The notes below the pieces were generated by a model. That model did not search any database. It was not told where the DNA came from and worked only from the letters and a program-made list of their open reading frames with translations. This document shows positions 16,987 through 22,898 of a DNA stretch of 22,898 bases, one piece after another. Position 1 is the stretch's first letter, and the number at the start of each line of letters is the position of its first letter. The DNA is taken from sequence record DRR378314_109; one strand, 5' to 3'. Both the position numbers and the translations under genes were made by a program.

Positions 16987-17889
16987 ATGGACTTCAGGCG
17001 GTTGACCTATTTTGTCGCTGTGGCTGAGGAATTGCATTTCGGCCGTGCGGCCAACCGACTTGGAATTGCGCAACCGCCGCTCAGCCGACAGATCGCCCAA
17101 TTGGAATCCGACCTTGGGGTTCAGCTTTTTGATCGTTCACGCAGTCAGGTCCGGCTCACACAGGCAGGTGAGACATTGCTGTTGCGCGGCGGTGATATTC
17201 TTGCGCAAATCGAGCGGGCGGAACGTGAGGTGCGCTGCATTGGCGAAGGTGCCGCCGGGCGGCTGCGGATCGCTTTTGTCGGCACTGCAAGCTATGGCGT
17301 GCTGCCAGAGCTTATTCGCGAGTTCCGAAGCAGATATCCAGATGTCGAGCTTGCACTTTCGGCAATGAACAATGCCGAGCTGAAGACCGCGCTGATCGCC
17401 CGTCACATCGATGTGGCCTTTGCCCGCCCTGCGATTTTTGACGATGAAATCCGCGTGTTCCCGTTTCATGAAGAACCACTCACACTGGCGGTCCCGGAAA
17501 ATTCCGAACTGGCAGCGCAAGACAGATTGCCGCTAGCAGAACTAAAACGCGAAACTTTCGTACTCTATCCACGCCGCCCGCGGCCCAGTTTTGCCGATCA
17601 TATTCTGGAGATATGTAAGAAAGAGGGATTTATCCCTGCCAAGGAAGTGCTTGCCCAGGACTTTCAGACGGCTATCTCACTTGTATCGGTTGGCGTCGGT
17701 ATCTCTCTGGTCCCCCGTTCCGTTTCGCTTTCCCCGCGTCATGGCGTCGTCTATCGGGCCTATGAAGGATATAATCCGGGCACAACCGTGTCGCTTGCCC
17801 TACGTCAGGACAATCAGGGTGTGCATACCCAGAATTTCGTAACAGTGGCCAAGAGTTTTGCGCGTAAGATCCAAAAGGAAGGTCGCTGA
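16987..17889 (+). CDS. LysR-family transcriptional regulator (CatR/BenM-like)
   Basis: MDFRRLTYFVAVAEELHFGRAANRLGIAQPPLSRQI HTH; YPRRPRPSFADH; GGAGG RBS. Confidence 0.93.
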   Translation: MDFRRLTYFVAVAEELHFGRAANRLGIAQPPLSRQIAQLESDLGVQLFDRSRSQVRLTQAGETLLLRGGDILAQIERAEREVRCIGEGAAGRLRIAFVGTASYGVLPELIREFRSRYPDVELALSAMNNAELKTALIARHIDVAFARPAIFDDEIRVFPFHEEPLTLAVPENSELAAQDRLPLAELKRETFVLYPRRPRPSFADHILEICKKEGFIPAKEVLAQDFQTAISLVSVGVGISLVPRSVSLSPRHGVVYRAYEGYNPGTTVSLALRQDNQGVHTQNFVTVAKSFARKIQKEGR

Positions 17890-17895
17890 GTGCAG

Positions 17896-17930
17896 AATGG
17901 CCGTGGAGCAGGTTATGCTCCACGGCCATT
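17896..17930. terminator. Probable bidirectional terminator between convergent genes
   Basis: Perfect 15-bp stem AATGGCCGTGGAGCA-GGTTA-TGCTCCACGGCCATT. Confidence 0.75.
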
Positions 17931-17945
17931 AAAGGTGACCTGGTA

Positions 17946-18791
17946 TCAGGCTGCGGCTGCCATGCGCCCTAATGCATCAATGAAGAAGGGGCGAAAGCCC
18001 TCCGGGTGCTCACTCATCGGGAAATGCCCCAGTTGATCCATGACAGTCAGGCTTGCACCGGGGATTGCATCAGCTGTCCGTTTCGCATCCTCAGGGGTGC
18101 AGGTCAGATCATAGGCACCAACTAGAATGTGAACTGGCGTCTGCTTTGTCGTGATGCTGCTCAGCCGCCCAACAAGGCTTTCATCCTTGGTATAAAAACT
18201 CAGATCTCCACGAAACACGCCGGGACCACTGCTCATAAACATCCACAAGGTATTCCAGCGTTCCACATCAGGCGCGTAGGGCGAAATATTCGCAGAGACA
18301 AGCGCGGCCCCCATTTCGCCCCCATGGGCATCTGGACGATCGAACCAATCGATATCATACCACGCCGCTTGAAAATCAGAGGCTTCAATCGCAATGAAAC
18401 CGGAAAACCAGTCTGCGTGACGCGCGGCGAGTTGAAGCGCAATTCGCCCCCCCATCGAACACCCCGCAAGGATGGGCCGATCAAGCGCAAGCGCTTCGCA
18501 GACAGCCAGCACCGTTGCGATATAGGTGTCAGTGGTAAGAAGATATTCCTCTTGCTCAAAACCGGCAGGGGGCAGGGATTTCCCGTGCCACGGCATGTCA
18601 AATGCAATGAGACGATGCTCAGACGTCACCTCGGTGTCGTTCAGGAGATGGCGCCATTGACGCGTGTCCGCACCTGCTGTGTGCAGACAAAGAACCGGAC
18701 GCCCAGTGCCTGCTTCTTCGAAATAGATCCGCTGCGTCTGACCTTCGATCTCTACATTGACGTATCTTCCGGTGATGTCCTCGATTGTCAT
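17946..18791 (-). CDS. Alpha/beta-fold hydrolase
   Basis: LCLHTAG, FDMPWHGKS, nucleophile elbow GCSMGG, GAYD, GHFP. ATGA overlap with the upstream gene. Confidence 0.9.
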   Translation of the reverse strand: MTIEDITGRYVNVEIEGQTQRIYFEEAGTGRPVLCLHTAGADTRQWRHLLNDTEVTSEHRLIAFDMPWHGKSLPPAGFEQEEYLLTTDTYIATVLAVCEALALDRPILAGCSMGGRIALQLAARHADWFSGFIAIEASDFQAAWYDIDWFDRPDAHGGEMGAALVSANISPYAPDVERWNTLWMFMSSGPGVFRGDLSFYTKDESLVGRLSSITTKQTPVHILVGAYDLTCTPEDAKRTADAIPGASLTVMDQLGHFPMSEHPEGFRPFFIDALGRMAAAA

Positions 18792-19162
18792 GCGGCACCC
18801 CCTTCACGGCCAAGTGCAAGAAATTCTTTGAAAAACCGCAGATTCTTGACCAGTGACAGGATATCGCCGTCAATGTTTGCCCGACCGATTTTGACAAGGC
18901 CAAAAATATCATGAAACCCGGGGGCAGGGCGCGATGCCCAGAAAGCCTCAAGCGCTTCCGCGTCTGTTCTGATGGCAAACCGCCATGGGGTCTTTCGGCT
19001 TGGCCCGGGTTCTATATTTGCCAGCTCACCCTTTTCAAAATGAAGATAGAATTCCTTTGCATCCACCTGCAGTAGAACCGTCTCTGAAAATAATCGCCCA
19101 AGCCGGGTCAGCTGCGGGGACTTGCCGAGCGCCGATTGCATGGTTTCTATTTTCTCAAGCAC
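18788..19162 (-). CDS. Small hypothetical protein, possibly SCP2 (sterol carrier)-like fold
   Basis: AAGGAG 6 nt before GTG 19162 (ATG 19168 is an alternative). Beta-rich N-part and C-terminal GRANIDGDILSLVKNL, resembling the SCP2 G-x-x-x-I-x-G-D pattern. Stop overlaps the hydrolase start. Confidence 0.7.
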   Translation of the reverse strand: MLEKIETMQSALGKSPQLTRLGRLFSETVLLQVDAKEFYLHFEKGELANIEPGPSRKTPWRFAIRTDAEALEAFWASRPAPGFHDIFGLVKIGRANIDGDILSLVKNLRFFKEFLALGREGGAA

Positions 19163-19271
19163 ATCCATCTCCTTTGTTCGAACTGATGGACATGATCGCG
19201 TCAGAAGCTTCACGCGGCAATGGTGGCACCGGTATCGCGCAATACCGTTCCGATCGCGCAAGGGTTCCTTT

Positions 19272-20033
19272 TCACGCCAGGACGCGCATCAAACCTGCCT
19301 GTGCTTGCAGGAGCGGCCCGGCAAACTGCGTGTGCAAGGCCGTGGCGGAATCCTGTGTGGCGGCTACGCCTGTGTTCAATGCGGCAACAACCTGACCGTG
19401 CAGGTTTTTAAGCGGCACAGCAATCGAGCGCAGGCCAAGTTCGACTTCCTGATCATTGATTGCAAAACCATTTGTTCGGACAACGGCCAGTTCATCCATG
19501 ATTTCGCCCGGCGCAGTCAGACTGTAGGGTGTTCTGGGTGACAAATCCGAACGTTCGATCAATGCGCGGGCCTCTGCTTCCGGCAACGCCGCCAAAAGGA
19601 CCCGCCCCATAGATGTACAATGGGCGGGCAGGCGTGACCCCGGCATCAACCCGATGGACATGACCCGGCGCTGCGCCGCACGGGCGAGATAGACAATCTC
19701 TGTTTCATCAAGGATCGAGACGGAAGTAGATTCATTGATTTGCTCGGAAAGTTGATCAAGCCAGGGCTGTACCAGCTGCGGAAGGGGCAAAGCGGCAAGG
19801 GCCCCCATGCCAAGCCGCAAGATGCGCGGAGTCACGGTAAAGAACTTACCGTCATATTCGGCATAACCCAGTTGGTGGAGCGTTAGCAGACAACGGCGCG
19901 CACTGGCCCGGTCAAACCCGGTGCGCTGTGCAACATCGGTAATGGTCAGCCGCGGTGTCTGCGCGCCAAAACACTCGATAACCTGAAGCCCTTTTGCGAG
20001 GGAGGCGATAAAATTGGTTGGTTTGTTCACCAT
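19272..20033 (-). CDS. pcaR: IclR-family regulator of the beta-ketoadipate pathway
   Basis: FIASLAKGLQVIECF, ARRCLLTL, GSRLPAHCTSMGRVLL, DQEVELGLRSIAVP. Divergent from pcaIJF. Confidence 0.88.
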   Translation of the reverse strand: MVNKPTNFIASLAKGLQVIECFGAQTPRLTITDVAQRTGFDRASARRCLLTLHQLGYAEYDGKFFTVTPRILRLGMGALAALPLPQLVQPWLDQLSEQINESTSVSILDETEIVYLARAAQRRVMSIGLMPGSRLPAHCTSMGRVLLAALPEAEARALIERSDLSPRTPYSLTAPGEIMDELAVVRTNGFAINDQEVELGLRSIAVPLKNLHGQVVAALNTGVAATQDSATALHTQFAGPLLQAQAGLMRVLA

Positions 20034-20069
20034 GCGCACAAGGTATGGCGCAATATGAACAAAGGTCAA
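20022..20069. promoter_or_regulatory. Paired PcaR-type operators and candidate pcaR promoter
   Basis: TTTGTTCACCATGCGCACAA (20022-20041) and an inverted copy TTTGTTCATATTGCGC (20048-20063, minus strand). Both resemble GTNCG-N5-CGNAC. Minus strand also has TTGACC-N18-TACCTT. Confidence 0.7.
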
Positions 20070-20136
20070 TATATGCACGGAGTTTGTAGCAATGTCCGAA
20101 ATGACCCGTTACCCGATATCGCAGGAGGATTTGGAT

Positions 20137-20844
20137 ATGGTTAAAACCGTTACGACCCCGAGCGAGGTCATTCAGCAGATTCCAGACGGGGCAACCGTCA
20201 TGATCGGAGGATTTGGCGGTTCTGGCGCGCCGATTGAGCTGATCCATGCATTGATTGATCACGGTGCAAAACACCTGACAGTGGTAAACAACAATGCTGG
20301 CAACGGACATGTTGGGCTTGCCGCATTGATTGAACAGGGGCAGGTGGACAAGCTGATCTGTTCTTTCCCGCGTTCCGCTGATCCCAGTGTGTTTGTTGCG
20401 GCATATAAGGCAAACAAGATCGCGTTGGAAATTGTCCCCCAAGGTACACTTGCCGAACGCATCAGGGCAGGGGGGGCGGGCATTCCCGCCTTCTATACGC
20501 CGACCGCCTTTGGCACCGAAGTGGCTGAGGGAAAACCAGTCGAGGTTTTTGAAGGACGTTCCTATATCCGCGAACTTTGGTTGAAAGCGGATTACGCGCT
20601 TATCAAAGGGAATCTCAGTGACACCCATGGCAATATTACATACCGGATGGCCGCACGGAATTTTAATCCAATCATGGCCACCGCAGCCAAGGTGACCATC
20701 GCGCAAGTCTCGCGCGTGGTGCAGGCCGGGGCCATCGACCCTGAACACGTGGTGACCCCCGGGATTTTTATCAATCACCTCGTGGAGATAACACATCCCG
20801 CACAGGAAGAAGAGCTGAACCGAGCGGAGGCCGTTTACCCATGA
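20137..20844 (+). CDS. pcaI: 3-oxoadipate CoA-transferase subunit A
   Basis: IGGFGGSGAP, NNNAGNG, PQGTLAERIRAGGAGIPAFYTPT, ARNFNP. AGGAGG RBS. Confidence 0.92.
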   Translation: MVKTVTTPSEVIQQIPDGATVMIGGFGGSGAPIELIHALIDHGAKHLTVVNNNAGNGHVGLAALIEQGQVDKLICSFPRSADPSVFVAAYKANKIALEIVPQGTLAERIRAGGAGIPAFYTPTAFGTEVAEGKPVEVFEGRSYIRELWLKADYALIKGNLSDTHGNITYRMAARNFNPIMATAAKVTIAQVSRVVQAGAIDPEHVVTPGIFINHLVEITHPAQEEELNRAEAVYP

Positions 20845-21530
20845 TCGATATTTCAGAAATCAAACTATCGAATGCGCAGATCGCCTGGCGGGCAGCACAG
20901 GATATTCAGGACGGTGCCTATGTGAACCTTGGTATCGGCTTTCCTGAAATGGTGGCCTCTTATCAACCCGAAGGCAAGGAGGTGATCTTTCACACCGAAA
21001 ACGGCGTGTTGGGCTTTGGCGCGGCACCTGCTGTGGGCGAAGAAGACTGGGATCTGATCAACGCAGGCAAGAAAGCGATCACACAGAAACCGGGCACTTC
21101 CTTTTTCCACCACGCTGACAGTTTCGCCATGGTCCGCGGGGGGCATCTTGATGTGGCGATACTAGGCGCATATCAAATTGCTCAGAACGGCGATCTGGCC
21201 AATTGGTCTACTGGTAAAGGCGGTATTCCGGCGGTCGGGGGGGCTATGGACCTTGTACAATCAGCCAAGCGCGTTGCAGTGGTCACCGACCACATCACGA
21301 AAAAAGGTGAGCCCAAACTGGTAGAAAGCTGCACCATGCCGCTGACGGGGGTGGCCTGTGTCACCCGCATTTACAGCTCGCTGGCGGTGATCGACGTAGA
21401 GGACGGCCATTTTGTGCTGCGTGAAAAAATTGCCGCTTTATCCTTTGACGACTTACAGGCCCTGACCGGAGCCGAACTTCTCACAACCAAGGGTGTGGAT
21501 GCCCTGATTTGCCCGGAGGCCCTCGCATGA
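20841..21530 (+). CDS. pcaJ: 3-oxoadipate CoA-transferase subunit B
   Basis: YVNLGIGFP, catalytic HTENG, RGGHLDVAILGA, GGAMDL. ATGA overlap with pcaI. Confidence 0.92.
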   Translation: MIDISEIKLSNAQIAWRAAQDIQDGAYVNLGIGFPEMVASYQPEGKEVIFHTENGVLGFGAAPAVGEEDWDLINAGKKAITQKPGTSFFHHADSFAMVRGGHLDVAILGAYQIAQNGDLANWSTGKGGIPAVGGAMDLVQSAKRVAVVTDHITKKGEPKLVESCTMPLTGVACVTRIYSSLAVIDVEDGHFVLREKIAALSFDDLQALTGAELLTTKGVDALICPEALA

Positions 21531-22720
21531 ACGATGTATTTATCTGTGACTATGTCCGAACCCCCATTGGACGTTATGGCGGCAATCTGGCAAGCGTGCG
21601 CGCTGACGATCTGGGGGCGATCCCGATAAAGGCACTGATCGACAGGCATGATATCGACTGGTCTGCCATTGATGAAGTTTTCTATGGTTGCGCAAATCAG
21701 GCCGGCGAGGACAACCGCAATGTTGCACGCATGTCGGCATTGCTGGCCGGACTGCCTGACAGTGTTCCGGGTACGACACTGAACCGGCTTTGCGGGTCGG
21801 GCATGGATGCAGTGATCACAGCGGCCCGTGCCATCCGTTCGGGTGAGATCCAGTTGGCGATTGCGGGTGGTGTCGAAAGCATGAGCCGTGCGCCATTTGT
21901 CATGCCCAAGGCAGAAACCGCCTTTTCCCGAAGCAATGCAGTCTATGACACCACCATCGGCTGGCGGTTCGTTAACCGGATCATGCAAGCGCAATATGGC
22001 GTGGATTCAATGCCTGAAACCGCCGAAAACGTGGCCGAAGAATTCAACATCTCCCGCGCGGATCAGGATCACTTTGCGCTTCGATCCCAAAGCAAAGCCG
22101 CAGCAGCACAGAGCAGCGGGCGACTTTCAAAAGAGATCACCCCGGTCACGATCCCCCAACGCAAGGGCGATCCACTCGTCATCGAACTGGATGAACACCC
22201 GCGTGCTACCACGCCCGAGGCCCTCGGAAAACTCAAGACCTTTGTTAAGGCAGAGGGGACCGTGACAGCAGGCAACGCATCGGGTGTCAACGACGGTGCC
22301 GCGGCACTGATCCTTGCCTCCGAAGCTGCGGTAAAGGCCCACGGTCTTATCCCGCTTGCCCGCGTGCTTGGTGGAGCAAGCGCCGGCGTGCCGCCGCGGA
22401 TTATGGGAATTGGCCCGGCACCTGCCACAAAAAAATTGATGCACCGCCTCAGTCTGACATCAGACGATTTCGCATCAATCGAATTGAATGAAGCCTTTGC
22501 CAGTCAGGGCCTTGCGACACTGCGACAGCTGGGCATCGCGGACGATGATCCGCGCGTGAACCCCAATGGTGGCGCAATTGCTCTGGGACATCCCTTGGGC
22601 ATGTCAGGCGCAAGGATTACCGGCACGACAATCTTTGATCTGAAATCAGGAGAGAAAAGTCTCTCGACCATGTGCATCGGTGTCGGACAGGGGATTGCCA
22701 TAGCATTGGAGCGGATTTGA
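21527..22720 (+). CDS. pcaF: 3-oxoadipyl-CoA thiolase
   Basis: [42 protein letters not shown] overlap with pcaJ. Confidence 0.93.
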   Translation: MNDVFICDYVRTPIGRYGGNLASVRADDLGAIPIKALIDRHDIDWSAIDEVFYGCANQAGEDNRNVARMSALLAGLPDSVPGTTLNRLCGSGMDAVITAARAIRSGEIQLAIAGGVESMSRAPFVMPKAETAFSRSNAVYDTTIGWRFVNRIMQAQYGVDSMPETAENVAEEFNISRADQDHFALRSQSKAAAAQSSGRLSKEITPVTIPQRKGDPLVIELDEHPRATTPEALGKLKTFVKAEGTVTAGNASGVNDGAAALILASEAAVKAHGLIPLARVLGGASAGVPPRIMGIGPAPATKKLMHRLSLTSDDFASIELNEAFASQGLATLRQLGIADDDPRVNPNGGAIALGHPLGMSGARITGTTIFDLKSGEKSLSTMCIGVGQGIAIALERI

Positions 22721-22733
22721 CCCCACAGCCCAA

Positions 22734-22775
22734 AGAGTTTCGGGTGAGGGCCATATTTCGTTCACCCGAAACTCT
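22734..22775. terminator. Perfect 14-bp inverted repeat after pcaF (terminator or stability element)
   Basis: AGAGTTTCGGGTGA-N14-TCACCCGAAACTCT, with no U-tract. Confidence 0.6.
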
Positions 22776-22898
22776 GGCACCGGTGTTCAATACCGATGGA
22801 ATGACACCTTAACGTGTAGGATTATCAATCCTGAAATTGATGCCGCTAATCCAAAGAGAACGTGCCCATGGATTCTCAAGTGTCGTTGCGACGGTTTC

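Noticed and set aside
17946-18791. Dienelactone hydrolase or canonical pcaD assignment
   Set aside because: The elbow is G-C-S-M-G (Ser nucleophile), not the G-x-C-x-G-G of dienelactone hydrolase. The typical PcaD N-terminal SNSLG motif is absent.
19173-19192. TTTGTTCG half-site resembling a PcaR box next to the SCP2-like gene RBS
   Set aside because: The second half (TGGAC at N6) fits poorly, and the sequence is partly explained by the RBS. Too weak to call.
4129-21526. Longest-ORF start codons in the track (4129, 7904, 9082, 13571, 13572, 14693, 15725, 16963, 19261, 20078, 20092, 21509)
   Set aside because: Downstream starts have better RBS placement, stop/start coupling or family-typical N-termini, so starts were trimmed.
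22868-22898. Possible gene start ATGGATTCTCAA at the window end
   Set aside because: Only 10 codons are visible and the RBS is weak, so it cannot be supported.
1-22898. CRISPR arrays, tRNA/rRNA, transposases, integrases, tandem repeats
   Set aside because: None seen. Intergenic gaps are short and show no periodic repeats or recognisable RNA gene signatures.

Overview
Bacterial DNA, probably alphaproteobacterial (inferred from gene content), made of two adjacent catabolic modules. I saw no mobile elements, CRISPR arrays or RNA genes. Module 1 (1-~11700) looks like an uncharacterised phosphoester-scavenging regulon. Two SorC/DeoR-family regulators flank two hypothetical genes, one of which ends in a degenerate HAD domain. 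Next come an AfuABC/FbpABC-type ABC importer, a beta-CASP-like metallo-beta-lactamase hydrolase, SurE and a convergent Na/Pi-cotransporter/PhoU gene. A shared GA(A/T)CA-N21/22-TGT(T/A) motif lies upstream of three transcription units, and two of the copies share an exact 14-mer. Module 2 (~11950-22720) is a phenolic ortho-cleavage cluster. A PheA1/HpaB-family monooxygenase is divergent from a stand-alone FMN adenylyltransferase domain, flavin reductase, hydroxyquinol-clade intradiol dioxygenase, muconate cycloisomerase and LysR. These are followed by an alpha/beta hydrolase plus SCP2-like pair, pcaR and pcaIJF. No canonical catC, pcaD or maleylacetate reductase is present in the window. All family calls come from reading motifs by eye; no database search was run.
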